The notes beneath the pieces are model-generated. The model did no database searches, was not told the origin of the DNA, and saw nothing but the letters and a program-made list of their open reading frames with translations. DNA of 39,184 nucleotides from a virus. Of the stretch, positions 8,209-19,096 are shown one piece after another (position 1 is the first letter of the stretch; each line of letters starts with the position of its first letter). The translations under genes and the position numbers were made by a program. The stretch is from the UHGV virus genome UHGV-0103155. One strand, written 5' to 3'.

Positions 8209-10683
8209 TTATTGCGGAGTGACATCCTGTGGTCGCCACCAGTATGTCTGGTTAAACTCTTTCTTCGAACGTTGCTCCATTTTACGTAAATAGCCTGGTG
8301 AAAAATACTCCTGCATCTGGTTAAAGATCATGTGATCGAGAGCCGCCTTCAAGTACCAGAGATTCGCACCAGGCATCAAACCTTTCCCCAGCTTCACCAG
8401 ATCACCACCAGTCTGCTCACTCTTCCCTTCCACAGCATTTAACGGTATGCCCTGAGCAATCTTCACTACGTCATCAACCAGACCAGCTACCGGGCCAAGC
8501 ATCGACGCCAGCGCGCCGCTTCCGTACCTAGTGTGATCTGACAATAAAAAGTCACCGTAAAGGCCAAGACCACCACCTTTCAGTAGAGCACCAAGCCAGA
8601 ATTTTGCGGCATCTTCTCCTGTCATCTCTCGAGGATTACGACCAGACGCAAGGTCGTTAAGTTGCTGCGACAAAGCGCCAAGAATGGTCGTACTGGCAAT
8701 AAACGTCGCAATATATGCCGCACGCCCACCAGCAGACGGCATACCCATAGCGCGTGACCAGTGACGCATAACAACCGAGATAGGGAACGATTTAAACAGG
8801 AAAACACTTCTCGTTAATTCACCTTTCCATGTTCCACGCTGAATACCAGAACCGGTTATCAGTTGCTCACGTGCTCCCGGTGTAATAACAGCCATATCAA
8901 CTTCTTCAGTTACGGCACCGAGCAGTTTACGCATTGCCTCAAATTTCACGCGTTCAGGCTCACCAAGATGTTTAACTGCTGAATCAGGGATACGCATAAT
9001 GCTTTCCGGTGTCAGCATCATATTATTACCGTTCCCCCAGTCCTCCTGTTTCGCCAGCTTCCATACGCTCCAGTCTGTGTCAGTAATCCCTTTGCTTTTC
9101 AGGATACGAAAATCAGAGTCATCGAGGCTACGAAGGTCTGGTGTCCGTGACACTACTTCTCCCAGGCTTCCCATCATGGTTACGCCATAGGCGCGCTTGT
9201 GCGCATCTGACCATGCTGTAAGCCCACTGGCACGCATTACCGCCGTTGCCGCCCAACGAGACACTGACGGCCCCATATTATCCATCGCCCAGCGGTTAAC
9301 GCTGCCAAGTAGAGATTCCATCGCCAGACCAGCGCGGCGCGCCCGCGCAAGTTCTGTACGGTTCGTTGGGTCCATAGCTTCAAGCTGGTTGCGGAATAAC
9401 TGGTTCATTGGAAGGTTGGTAACCTTCGCAGACAGATACATGGTTCCAAGATCAGAGAACGATGACAGCAACGCGGATCCGAGTCTGCTGGCAACCAGCC
9501 AGTTGCGGATATTGTCAGACCATCGCGCGATGTGCGGATTCGCTACAGGCTGTGTCTTTCCGGAAATAAAGTTGTACAGATTCTCTGTGTTGTTCGCCAG
9601 CCGCTCGACTTTACCGGTTTTACTCGGGTTAGCTGTTGCCGTTTCTGCCTTCACCTGATCAAGAAGAGAGCGGAAAACATGATCGGGGTTTGGGCCATAT
9701 GTTTCCACCAGTGCAATATCTTTACTGATACCTTCCAGGTGACCGACCATGATTTCCCATAGAGAGCGATCGCCATAAAGTTGCTGATATTGCAGATAGG
9801 AATCTGCATCTTTGAAATGTATCTGTCGTGATGCATTACCACGGTTAGCACGTGCGCCGGAAATTCGCATTCCGGTATCAGTAAGCTTATTCAGCCCACC
9901 AGTAGCGATCGTGTTATAAGCCTCTCCAAGAAATGAAGACAACTCGGCATCGTTCATCAGTTGTCCATCGGCTCGGATATAATATTTGCGATCCAGCTTA
10001 CCTATAACATCGCTAACCCACTTATCCTTTGATACTGCCCCAACCTTTTCCATAGAATGATGTTGAGGGATCCCCCAGTTTTCGAGATAGCCAATGTCCC
10101 CACCAGCATCATTAAACCGGCGGCGCAGCAGCTCTGTAACTTCTCTCCACGCCTTAGCACCGTTTCTTGCTTTAGCATTGCCAGTATTTTGCCCCCGCAT
10201 TTCATATACCAGGTCACGTACGCCCGCTTCATCTTCAAACAGACCAAAAAAGCGAGGATCAACTGCTTCGAATGCCTCCTGCAATTGACTCAATGCATAA
10301 TCACGGGTGGCTTTTGTTCTGGATTCAACAGAGAGGAAATTAGATTTACCGTCTGCATTAAAAGCTATAGTACGGTTAAGAGCGCCAAGTTTCCCATCAG
10401 CCCCTTGATAGCTATTGATAAATTTATCCAATCTCTGACGCGCGGCTATAGTGAGAGCCACACGACGTTTCTTTAATGCCGCTTCTCGCTGTAATTCTTC
10501 AGATGCCAATTGTGCTGCTCGATATAGCCGCTCTGATTCGGAAAGTTGTCGCCACGATATAGGGTCATCACGAGCAATGGAGCGCATATTTCGATAAATG
10601 CGGTCTTCAATGTTCTGTATTTCTCGCGCCGTTAACGTGCGCTGCGCCGCCTGCTGGACCGCTTGTATACATTCCTGTCTCAT
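8209..10683 (-). CDS. Large internal virion / DNA-ejection protein
   Basis: 824 aa, one of three consecutive large ORFs between tail-tube genes and tailspike, position equivalent to T7 gp15/gp16 core proteins. Confidence 0.55.
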   Translation of the reverse strand: MRQECIQAVQQAAQRTLTAREIQNIEDRIYRNMRSIARDDPISWRQLSESERLYRAAQLASEELQREAALKKRRVALTIAARQRLDKFINSYQGADGKLGALNRTIAFNADGKSNFLSVESRTKATRDYALSQLQEAFEAVDPRFFGLFEDEAGVRDLVYEMRGQNTGNAKARNGAKAWREVTELLRRRFNDAGGDIGYLENWGIPQHHSMEKVGAVSKDKWVSDVIGKLDRKYYIRADGQLMNDAELSSFLGEAYNTIATGGLNKLTDTGMRISGARANRGNASRQIHFKDADSYLQYQQLYGDRSLWEIMVGHLEGISKDIALVETYGPNPDHVFRSLLDQVKAETATANPSKTGKVERLANNTENLYNFISGKTQPVANPHIARWSDNIRNWLVASRLGSALLSSFSDLGTMYLSAKVTNLPMNQLFRNQLEAMDPTNRTELARARRAGLAMESLLGSVNRWAMDNMGPSVSRWAATAVMRASGLTAWSDAHKRAYGVTMMGSLGEVVSRTPDLRSLDDSDFRILKSKGITDTDWSVWKLAKQEDWGNGNNMMLTPESIMRIPDSAVKHLGEPERVKFEAMRKLLGAVTEEVDMAVITPGAREQLITGSGIQRGTWKGELTRSVFLFKSFPISVVMRHWSRAMGMPSAGGRAAYIATFIASTTILGALSQQLNDLASGRNPREMTGEDAAKFWLGALLKGGGLGLYGDFLLSDHTRYGSGALASMLGPVAGLVDDVVKIAQGIPLNAVEGKSEQTGGDLVKLGKGLMPGANLWYLKAALDHMIFNQMQEYFSPGYLRKMEQRSKKEFNQTYWWRPQDVTPQ

Positions 10684-10688
10684 TTAAT

Positions 10689-12491
10689 TTAACCTCTCAA
10701 GAAACACGCCACAGCGACATCAAACAGGCTGGAATCCTGTATTGCCTGCTCACTTTCCCTGTTCGCTTCATCCAGTACTTCACGCGCACTGCGCGATTGT
10801 GGATTACCATCATCATCCAGCACGGTGATTATCATGTCAGGTGATTCAAGCAGCGAGTCTTCAGCTATGCGCAGATCAATATCTCCTGCCTTATCTGACA
10901 TCATTTTTTGTTCTGCCTGTTGCAATATTTTATCAGGCTCAAAAGGAGCTACTTCGTCTGGCGTCCTGACCTCTGCTGTTTTATAGAATGAAACAGCCTG
11001 AGCATTAAGTTCACTTTCTGCCTGCTGTCGCCGTGCCAGTTCTGCTCGAGCTTCAAAAAACTGACCGCCAGGCTCATGCGGTGCCAACGCGTTACGAGAA
11101 AATTCCAGGCGTTCTTGTGCCTGCCGGATTCGTTGGTCAATATCGCGAAGTCTGGCCTGTTTATCTGATCGAGCACGAGATAAAGCCTTACCGCTACCGG
11201 TTGGCTCTTCTGCAAGAATTTGTGCGCGCTGTTCAGTGAGATTTTCAATAATTCGTTGGCTATTAGCGATTTCAGACTGGTAAACCTGTCTATCGCCACG
11301 CGGTAAAAGCTGCGCGGCCTGTTCTTCAAGCAACCGATTTTCTATAGCGCGCGCCGTTACTCCATCATCTACAGATGACAGAGCCTCATTAACTGCCTGA
11401 GACAGCAGACTCTTGCGCCCAGGAATTTCACTGAAAGATGCAGACTCAACAATGCTGGCAACGTCTACAGGTCTCCCCTGGCTAACATCAGACATAGCTT
11501 TTCGCATAGCCTGAATGTGAGAATTGCGCGAAAGCACGTTGATCGGCACGCCGGGCGCAATATCAATTTCAGCATGATGAGCGGCATTCGCCGCCAGTGC
11601 AGCATCAACATCAACTGGTGAAAAATTTGGTGCGCTTGTAGACTCGCCGCGAGAGTTAATAAATCTGCCGACACCACCAAACGCCACTCCAAGAACAGCA
11701 TCAATAGCAATTGCCTGTCGATCCAACACATCATACTGGTTAGCCATTTCGCTATAGCCACCATCACGAAGCGTTTTTGCAGTAAGCCCACGCTGTGCCA
11801 TACCGAACGCAATATTTGTACCTGCGGCATAGGCAATATCTGGCGTTGCACGTACTGCTGTTGCTGCGGCGCGTCGCACTGAACTTTCACCCGTCCGCGC
11901 AAGCTGAGCCGCCACACCTTCCGCCAGCGCACCACCAGCACGTAACCCGAGGCTCATAGGGATCAGTGTTCCGGCACCAGCAGTAATACCCTGCACTAAT
12001 CCCGCTTCCTGCGCCGTCCTGAAATCAACACCCTGTGCTGTAAGCCGTTCAAACTCAGAAAAACCCTGTAGAGAAGTTACCGCCGCAGCACCTCCGACCG
12101 GACCACCGAGCGTTGTACCGACAACAGCCTGCCCGCCCATATCGAACAACCCATAAAGGACCTGCCCGGCGGTTCCGGTTGTCGCGGCATCAGGCGTCAG
12201 CCGCTTAACCTGCTGCTCTGCTAGTTTTCTCTGCTCAGCAATGTATGAAACTGAAGTGTCATTGATCGAGGTGTTTTCGTTAACAAACTGAGCAATCGGG
12301 GATACGATTTTATCCATCCCTGCCCATAGCAACTGATCTGGCTTTGCCACCAGCCCGGAGTACAAACCAGACAATGCCGCTCCTACAGCATTGTCGAAAA
12401 AACCAACATCGCTGTTAAAGCCAGCTGGATTTGATGCTGCTTCGTCAAGCTGCTGATTCTGGTTTACTGGATTAAGGCCAAAGTAACTCAT
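10689..12491 (-). CDS. Internal virion / DNA-ejection protein
   Basis: 600 aa, Ala/Gly-rich, in the ejection-protein block; translationally coupled to upstream gene. Confidence 0.5.
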   Translation of the reverse strand: MSYFGLNPVNQNQQLDEAASNPAGFNSDVGFFDNAVGAALSGLYSGLVAKPDQLLWAGMDKIVSPIAQFVNENTSINDTSVSYIAEQRKLAEQQVKRLTPDAATTGTAGQVLYGLFDMGGQAVVGTTLGGPVGGAAAVTSLQGFSEFERLTAQGVDFRTAQEAGLVQGITAGAGTLIPMSLGLRAGGALAEGVAAQLARTGESSVRRAAATAVRATPDIAYAAGTNIAFGMAQRGLTAKTLRDGGYSEMANQYDVLDRQAIAIDAVLGVAFGGVGRFINSRGESTSAPNFSPVDVDAALAANAAHHAEIDIAPGVPINVLSRNSHIQAMRKAMSDVSQGRPVDVASIVESASFSEIPGRKSLLSQAVNEALSSVDDGVTARAIENRLLEEQAAQLLPRGDRQVYQSEIANSQRIIENLTEQRAQILAEEPTGSGKALSRARSDKQARLRDIDQRIRQAQERLEFSRNALAPHEPGGQFFEARAELARRQQAESELNAQAVSFYKTAEVRTPDEVAPFEPDKILQQAEQKMMSDKAGDIDLRIAEDSLLESPDMIITVLDDDGNPQSRSAREVLDEANRESEQAIQDSSLFDVAVACFLRG

Positions 12492-15001
12492 TGCGGAATA
12501 TCTCCGGAGAATCTCTGACGCTTCTGTGTCAGATTAAGAACAACGGGAGAACCATCATCTTTCAGCAGATAACCAGTACCAAGTTTCACCAGGTACTGAC
12601 TATCGCCGTAACTTTGCAAACCATACTGACCAGGCGGTGTTTTTATCCCGGAGCCGACAACTTGTTCATTCCAAGCCTGATTAACCTGCTTATCGAATTG
12701 CTCTGCAGACATTCCCCACGGCAAAAGGACATTCCCCATTCCGTTATAGTCATGCACGCCACCTGTAGCTACGTTAACAGCCTGTTTCCAGACATCATTG
12801 TCAATTTCGCCTGATACCACGCCTTTTTTCGCCATCACACCAGCGTAATAATCCTTTGCGATCTCGTATGCCATTGATGCGCCCTGAGCGTCACCAGCAA
12901 ATGCATCCTTCACCATGTCAGAAAACTCAAGGCGAAGATCAGCATCTTTAGGCATCGGAATACCTTTCGCATCATCAGTACCTTTACGAGCCGCCGCGCC
13001 AGCAAGAATTGTCTGCGCAGCGGTTTCAGGAGACACGGAAACATCCGGATTAAACCAGTTTTTTTCTGCCAAAATACCACCAGGCTTATCCATCAGTATC
13101 CCGGCAACGGCAGCAGATGGAGCGTTGGCACTGATCTGCTGTAGTGCTGACATATACACCTGCCCACCACCAGTGCTCTGCCTGATGGTATCGAGATATG
13201 CTGCCTGTTGGGAAACTGGAGCATCACGAAAGAAAACACCGATCTGATTGGCCTCGTCTTTGGAAAAGAACGTCAGTGGAGTGCCATATGACTTAGCAAG
13301 GTCACTGACCTGAGCGGCACGCAAGGCAACGCTCTGTCCAAAGTTATCCTTATTGCTCATGTCGATAGGCTTTGCCTGTCCGGAGGCAAGAGAGAACTGC
13401 ACAGGATCCGACTGCCGCTGCTTTATCACCTGATTTGCAGCCGAAACAACGTTGTCATAAAGAGTTGCGCGTGCCGCATACCCCTCCCCTGTATCACCAG
13501 TATCCGGGCGTAATTGCTCAACATATGCTGTAATGCTGCTTGTCGGCATGTTGCGGAAAGAGCCTATATACTGTCCGGCGATCTGCGTATTCTTAAACTC
13601 GGTATATCGCAGGTTTCCTTCTCTGACTCCATAAGCTGCAATAAAATCATCCTCACCAGGTGGGTTAGGAAATTCAATGCCACGCATATACGCAGCCGTC
13701 GCATCGCGAACCCGGCTGTCGAGCATCGTTTTATATTCAGCCTGCTGTTGTCTGGCTAGTGCATCAGTCTGTCGCAACACGCTGGCCTGATCTGATTCAC
13801 TTAAAGCATCGAACCAGGCTACACCGGTATAACGTTTATTTTTTGTCGGTAGCTGAGAAAGCCCCAGCGCAGCACTAACACCTGCAGTTAACTGCTGATC
13901 ACTGTATGGCTGGCTACCGTTTTCATGATGGATAATGGCTGCACAAAGCGCCTTCAGGGTATCAGGATTTGATGCATCGAGAGGCTCATCAGCAGAAACG
14001 CCAAGTTGTTCGCACACTGCTTTGATATACGACATAGTGTCATTTTTATCAGTAGGCGGTGCCCAGCGATTAATTATCTCGCTGACGGTATCAATACCCT
14101 GCCGCTGATACGACATCAGGTTCCGCCCTAATGCACGAATACCGTGTTCAGGGGTTTCGAATTTGGCAAAGCGACCATCATCACCAGTCTGCCCAACCCA
14201 CGGATTAGTTTTGCTGTATTCAAGATTGCCGGGGTTATTGTTGCGTATACCGCGGGTACGATCGGAAGAGCCACTATCTGCTACAGCACGGCGAGAACCA
14301 GCAGCAGTATCGCTTAACTCGCCGTTTTGCTGTCTTACCTGAAGATAGTTTGCTCCAATAGCATTTTGAGCAGTTGCTTTTGCTGTTGCTTCTTTAAACT
14401 CGATTTTCTTGGCCTGGATTTGCTCGTCACTCCAGCCATGTGCAATGCCGTAATCCTCAATTTGCTGGAAAGTTTGCTTATTAGCCAATACGTATGCGGC
14501 GTTGTCGCCATACAATGCTGCGGCATTTTTACCATTGTTCAGCAGCGTAGCCTGAAACTGGCCTTCTTCGTAGGCATTTATTTGCCCTATCTCGTGCCGC
14601 CCGGCCTGCGTAGTGAACTGAATGCGCTGCTGCTGCGCCTGCTGCATGAAAGCATTACGAGCCTGTTCATCCGGCAGCGACATAGCCAGTTGTTCGACCT
14701 GAGCATCAAACTGCTGCGTATACTCCTGACCTTTTCCAATAGCATTTTTCCCTTTCAGGTTAAGCAAACCTGTTTCAGGGTTATTCAGCAGATCGCTGCT
14801 TATCTGGCTTAAGCTAAGAGAAGCATCCTGAGCCATAGCAACATTCGCACGCTGTTTTGCCTGCGCAATAATACCTGCATATTGCTCTGCAACATCGCCA
14901 AGTACATCACCGACATTTGGTGTCTGAAACGATGAGAATCCCTGCGTCGAAATCCCTCTGCTCTGAACCTGACGGCCCGATGTTGTTGGTACAACTGGCA
15001 T
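12488..15001 (-). CDS. Large internal virion / DNA-ejection protein
   Basis: 837 aa; position and size match podoviral core proteins. Confidence 0.55.
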   Translation of the reverse strand: MPVVPTTSGRQVQSRGISTQGFSSFQTPNVGDVLGDVAEQYAGIIAQAKQRANVAMAQDASLSLSQISSDLLNNPETGLLNLKGKNAIGKGQEYTQQFDAQVEQLAMSLPDEQARNAFMQQAQQQRIQFTTQAGRHEIGQINAYEEGQFQATLLNNGKNAAALYGDNAAYVLANKQTFQQIEDYGIAHGWSDEQIQAKKIEFKEATAKATAQNAIGANYLQVRQQNGELSDTAAGSRRAVADSGSSDRTRGIRNNNPGNLEYSKTNPWVGQTGDDGRFAKFETPEHGIRALGRNLMSYQRQGIDTVSEIINRWAPPTDKNDTMSYIKAVCEQLGVSADEPLDASNPDTLKALCAAIIHHENGSQPYSDQQLTAGVSAALGLSQLPTKNKRYTGVAWFDALSESDQASVLRQTDALARQQQAEYKTMLDSRVRDATAAYMRGIEFPNPPGEDDFIAAYGVREGNLRYTEFKNTQIAGQYIGSFRNMPTSSITAYVEQLRPDTGDTGEGYAARATLYDNVVSAANQVIKQRQSDPVQFSLASGQAKPIDMSNKDNFGQSVALRAAQVSDLAKSYGTPLTFFSKDEANQIGVFFRDAPVSQQAAYLDTIRQSTGGGQVYMSALQQISANAPSAAVAGILMDKPGGILAEKNWFNPDVSVSPETAAQTILAGAAARKGTDDAKGIPMPKDADLRLEFSDMVKDAFAGDAQGASMAYEIAKDYYAGVMAKKGVVSGEIDNDVWKQAVNVATGGVHDYNGMGNVLLPWGMSAEQFDKQVNQAWNEQVVGSGIKTPPGQYGLQSYGDSQYLVKLGTGYLLKDDGSPVVLNLTQKRQRFSGDIPQ

Positions 15002-15013
15002 CTTATTATCCCC

Positions 15014-15553
15014 TTATCGACCGGTTGGAGTGCCAACAGCAGCAGAAATCGGCGCAGCCTTCTGAGAGAACGGGCTCCACGTTCCGCCGCCCATCTGGTA
15101 TGCACCGTATGCTTTTAGTGGTGCCGTTAACAAAGTGCTGGTCATCGATGATTTAGCAGCCGACTGAGCAGCAGCCCCCTGTGCCTGAGCATTCATTCCC
15201 TGAACCTGATACCCATATGCCTCACGCTGAGCATTATTCACTGTCGTTAACGCATCAAGAGTGCCGAACTGAGCATTATCCGCAAAAACGTCAAGAGCTG
15301 TTCCGCTACTTAATTCCGCACCGGTAGCCCCCATAGTGGCCGCCGCAGTGCCTGAGCGTTGACGCATTTCACGACGACGCTGATCCGCTTCAATATTCCC
15401 ACGATTGATTGAATCCTGTGCCTGAGCTTCAGCAATTTCAGCATTCCGATCAGCTATGGCTGACTGGTATTTTGCCTGCTTGCTCTGGCTGTACATTGAC
15501 GCGGCTGTGGATGCCACTGTGACGGCAACCAAAGCGATGGCTGGGTTACACAT
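15014..15553 (-). CDS. Internal virion protein with N-terminal membrane segment
   Basis: 179 aa, hydrophobic N-terminus then Ala/Gln-rich region; position like T7 gp14. Confidence 0.45.
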   Translation of the reverse strand: MCNPAIALVAVTVASTAASMYSQSKQAKYQSAIADRNAEIAEAQAQDSINRGNIEADQRRREMRQRSGTAAATMGATGAELSSGTALDVFADNAQFGTLDALTTVNNAQREAYGYQVQGMNAQAQGAAAQSAAKSSMTSTLLTAPLKAYGAYQMGGGTWSPFSQKAAPISAAVGTPTGR

Positions 15554-16017
15554 TATTTTCTCTCCATGTGAAATCTGTGGAAATTAAGACCAAGAGCACC
15601 ATAAGGCGCGGCTTCTTCAAGCCTGAATCCAAGCCAGTGCAGCCATGCTTTGGCAACATGGTTTCGCTCGTCGACGTAGTTTTCCAGGCGCGGATAAACT
15701 GCCAGCATCTGCTGCAATACAGGGCGGCAGTGGCGAAGAAATGTCTTCTGATATTTTTCGATACGGCTGGTTCCGACCAGCCAGGGCGTACCATTGCCAC
15801 CGATCATTGACGCCGGAGATACGCCAAACATGGTTACCAGTTCTCCGTTCGCAAATCCTGACCAAGCCATAGTCGCAGTACGCAGACCAACACGCAGCGC
15901 ATCTTCGGTAGTCATCAGCGATACCGCATACAGTTCGTCAATATCAGCCTGACGAACATCCGGCAAAATCATCTGAAGATGCTCTTCGGTAGCGGGAATA
16001 ATTCGAACATCGATCAT
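15553..16017 (-). CDS. Hypothetical virion-associated protein
   Basis: 154-aa ORF translationally coupled between tail-tube B and core genes. Confidence 0.4.
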   Translation of the reverse strand: MIDVRIIPATEEHLQMILPDVRQADIDELYAVSLMTTEDALRVGLRTATMAWSGFANGELVTMFGVSPASMIGGNGTPWLVGTSRIEKYQKTFLRHCRPVLQQMLAVYPRLENYVDERNHVAKAWLHWLGFRLEEAAPYGALGLNFHRFHMERK

Positions 16018-18488
16018 CAGAATCCCCCAACAGTAAGGCGAGGAATAACGGCAAGAACAGACAGCGGCAACGGGTCAAGCTGACGGATTCTTACACGTCC
16101 GTTTTTGCCCCAGTTACTGTCCAGTTTCACTTCTACTTTTCCGGTAGCGTCATCAACAGGATCATCGTAGAACTCGAATTCACGCTGTGGATATTCGTAC
16201 CATTTACCGCCGGGCGTAGTCGCCCAGATGCCGCGACTGGCATTCACAACCAGAGTAACGGAGGGGATCACCTGTTTTTTGTCCAGCAGCGTTTCCTGTC
16301 CGTTAATGTTGATATCCAGTGTTTCGAATTCAGCAGTTATTGGCAGGCCGATGTGCACTACAGCACCCGGAGATTCCAGCGTGACGGCACCTCCGGAAAC
16401 CACTTTCTGTGGTTCCACGTTCGCATCAGAGAGAATGTTTACGGTCTGGCCTTCAAGATGAGACAGGCCTCCAAATGTCCGGCGCGCCATCTGCCAGTTC
16501 GTGGTGGCCACATTCCTGAGGGATGGCGGGACGTTCCTGTTAGCACGAACCACTACAGCGGTATTGCTGGTTACAGAAATAATGTCGCAACGTAATTCTT
16601 TTGACACTTCATCGCCAGTATCAGGATCAGTTCCGGTATAAGGGAACTGTAGTTGAGCACCGACATCACTACTGGTGAAGTACGCACCACCAGAAACACT
16701 GATTGTATATTCCGCGCGGTAATCCCATTCACCAGAACCACCAGTGATGGTCATCGTTCTGTCAGACGTATTTCTTCCATCATAGCTAAGGCCAGAATCA
16801 ACAAAGAAAGCATCTTCATCGCTGGTAAATAAACGGCTGGACAGCCGCTCGATGTATCTCACTGTTTGCCCGTTAACGGTTCGGTTAACGACGAAATACA
16901 CCGCATCTTCATTGCCTTCGCTGATACTGCATGTGCTTTCATATTTTCCGGTACTGGATTGTGGTGCCCATGCAAAAACCTGCTGATCACGCAAATAGGT
17001 CATCACCAGTAATTTACCGTCATCACGAATGCAGAAGGCACTTGAGTAAGGGACAATCGAGAAGCACCAGTCAACAATGCTGTGCTTCTGAAAAAGATGA
17101 TTGGCAAGGATAGTAAGGTCGTTCCCCTGATAGCCGTCAACATCGAATGAGTAGGCCAGATCACGGACAACACTGCCTTTCTCCTGGACGAACAGAGCAA
17201 TATTCGCCACGGCAATTGGTGGGACATTGCTCGAGCCATTTGATCCCTGAGAGCTGAATGCAAATGATGATGGGGTTAACACTTTGTTCTGGTCGCCGGT
17301 GATGACGTACTCACCTCCGGAAGTCAGTGCCACCAGCGAACCAACATCAATCAGGTGGCGGATCTCATTAACCTGACGCCCGGCATAGGTGTAGATAATT
17401 CTGTCGTCATCCTGCGTAGGATTGCTTTTGCCAAAATCCTTATAATCCCCGGTACGGCTGGCCCAGATAGTCTGAGGGAACGCAGTCGATGCGGCGAAGT
17501 AAAGACGCTGTTGATAATAAACAACAGTGCCAGGATAACCATTAACACTGTTCCAGGCATATTTAGCCCATTTATAGCTGGCATTATCCTCGCCAACGAC
17601 CTGCGAAGGGATATAGGAAATCACCTCAGCAGTTGCAGTAGTGCCATTTACAGCAGTTATACGGGCAATGCCAAAACCACTGTGCAGATACTCCCACTCA
17701 ATGCCGGTATCATCATCACCGGCTCCGCCCCAGCCATCCCATGATGTGCCTTCTGTATGCGAAGGGCGCAAAGTACCTGTTTTGCCTGCTGTAACGGCGC
17801 GATAGTAGTTACTGTCTGCACGGCGAATATCGCCAATCGACGTACTCTTACTGGTTTCCCATACCGGCACAGAATCCACTGCAGGCTGTTCCAGGTAGAA
17901 CAATTTGCCTACCTGCTCCGCGCCAAAAATAGAGGCGCTTGCCGTTAACGTAATTGTCCCGGTGCTGGCGCTGGCATAAACCGTCACTGACTCGTCAATA
18001 TTGATATCTTCAAATGGCCCGTTCTTCGTTACCACATCAACCAGTTGCCAGTTGTCATGCGCATAGCGACGCAACTCTTTCGGCGGGTATGCCGGATGAA
18101 CCAGCGTAAGCACGTCGGCGCTTTGCGTGAATTTAATTCGGAACAGATCGGCTTCAGTATATGGCGTGGCAATTTCATAAATAACATTGCTGCTGTTCAG
18201 CACCAACGCACCATCTTTGATAACGCGCATGTACTGGTGTCCGAACTCCAGAGCATAGGTCTGAACCGTCGAGAACTGGAACGGGATCAGGCGGCATTTC
18301 CGATTTGGGTATTTGGCGGCACCGACAAAACGCGTACCAGGTCGATTCTCAACGCCGCCATACTGCCGCACGATAAAGTTATCGCACTTGCGCAATGCCA
18401 CCTGGTACTTCGCCATGTCAATACGCCCGTACAACGACGGTCCAATCTCACCACCGGCAAAGCTGGGCTGGATCCAACTGATAGCCAT
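16017..18488 (-). CDS. Tail tubular protein B-like (T7 gp12-like nozzle)
   Basis: 823 aa; segment …QQRLYFAASTAFPQTIWASRTGDYKDF… resembles the conserved gp12 region; follows gp11-like gene. Confidence 0.6.
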   Translation of the reverse strand: MAISWIQPSFAGGEIGPSLYGRIDMAKYQVALRKCDNFIVRQYGGVENRPGTRFVGAAKYPNRKCRLIPFQFSTVQTYALEFGHQYMRVIKDGALVLNSSNVIYEIATPYTEADLFRIKFTQSADVLTLVHPAYPPKELRRYAHDNWQLVDVVTKNGPFEDINIDESVTVYASASTGTITLTASASIFGAEQVGKLFYLEQPAVDSVPVWETSKSTSIGDIRRADSNYYRAVTAGKTGTLRPSHTEGTSWDGWGGAGDDDTGIEWEYLHSGFGIARITAVNGTTATAEVISYIPSQVVGEDNASYKWAKYAWNSVNGYPGTVVYYQQRLYFAASTAFPQTIWASRTGDYKDFGKSNPTQDDDRIIYTYAGRQVNEIRHLIDVGSLVALTSGGEYVITGDQNKVLTPSSFAFSSQGSNGSSNVPPIAVANIALFVQEKGSVVRDLAYSFDVDGYQGNDLTILANHLFQKHSIVDWCFSIVPYSSAFCIRDDGKLLVMTYLRDQQVFAWAPQSSTGKYESTCSISEGNEDAVYFVVNRTVNGQTVRYIERLSSRLFTSDEDAFFVDSGLSYDGRNTSDRTMTITGGSGEWDYRAEYTISVSGGAYFTSSDVGAQLQFPYTGTDPDTGDEVSKELRCDIISVTSNTAVVVRANRNVPPSLRNVATTNWQMARRTFGGLSHLEGQTVNILSDANVEPQKVVSGGAVTLESPGAVVHIGLPITAEFETLDININGQETLLDKKQVIPSVTLVVNASRGIWATTPGGKWYEYPQREFEFYDDPVDDATGKVEVKLDSNWGKNGRVRIRQLDPLPLSVLAVIPRLTVGGF

Positions 18489-19096
18489 CAGGACAACCTC
18501 GCAATGGTAAACTCATCAACCGGTGGCTGTGGTTCCTGTGATTCATTCTGGCTATGCGAGCCAGCACTAAGAATCACGCGATTGTACATATTGAGGGCAA
18601 ACGTACCGAGGTCTGCATTCCCAGTCAGCGCCATGTTAATAGCTGCCGCAAGACGCCAGGCCAACGCCTCCATAAAAATGGCATCAAACATGTTCACATC
18701 TGAAACGCGAGAGACATACTTGAGCCATGCCTGCGGCTGGTCTGTGTAGATCAACTTTCCTGTTCCGTTGGTGTCTGCACCAACTTCGTACTGAACGCGC
18801 ATTGCTGCTGTTGGATTGCGTACACCAGGAAGCATAATTTCAGTAATGCGCAGACAATCGGACGGGTACTGGTACGCATATTCCCAGTCAGGCGGTGGAT
18901 TGTTCGTATCTGCAAGCGCCACGCGTTTGGTAGCAAAGTTCCAGTCAAAATCAGAAAGCACAGCATCACGGCAGGCCTCAAAGTGCAGCGAACATTCCCC
19001 TGCTTCCTTGCTGGCTTCCGTCAGGCTGTTAATGCTGCGGCTGTTGCCAATATTGGACAGCGCACGATTACAGATCTCTACTACAGAGGCCATCAC
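18488..19096 (-). CDS. Tail tubular protein A-like (T7 gp11-like adaptor)
   Basis: 202 aa, immediately upstream of gp12-like gene, N-terminal similarity pattern to gp11. Confidence 0.5.
   Translation of the reverse strand: MMASVVEICNRALSNIGNSRSINSLTEASKEAGECSLHFEACRDAVLSDFDWNFATKRVALADTNNPPPDWEYAYQYPSDCLRITEIMLPGVRNPTAAMRVQYEVGADTNGTGKLIYTDQPQAWLKYVSRVSDVNMFDAIFMEALAWRLAAAINMALTGNADLGTFALNMYNRVILSAGSHSQNESQEPQPPVDEFTIARLS

Noticed and set aside
8037-8225. 62-aa minus-strand ORF between lipoprotein and ejection protein genes
   Set aside because: Overlaps the ejection-protein stop and an AT-rich probable promoter region; no RBS; treated as non-coding, though a tiny membrane peptide cannot be excluded
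8622-17948. Numerous 60-160-aa ORFs on both strands inside the large virion-protein genes
   Set aside because: All are nested within or antisense to long continuous ORFs with consistent translational coupling; no independent start signals
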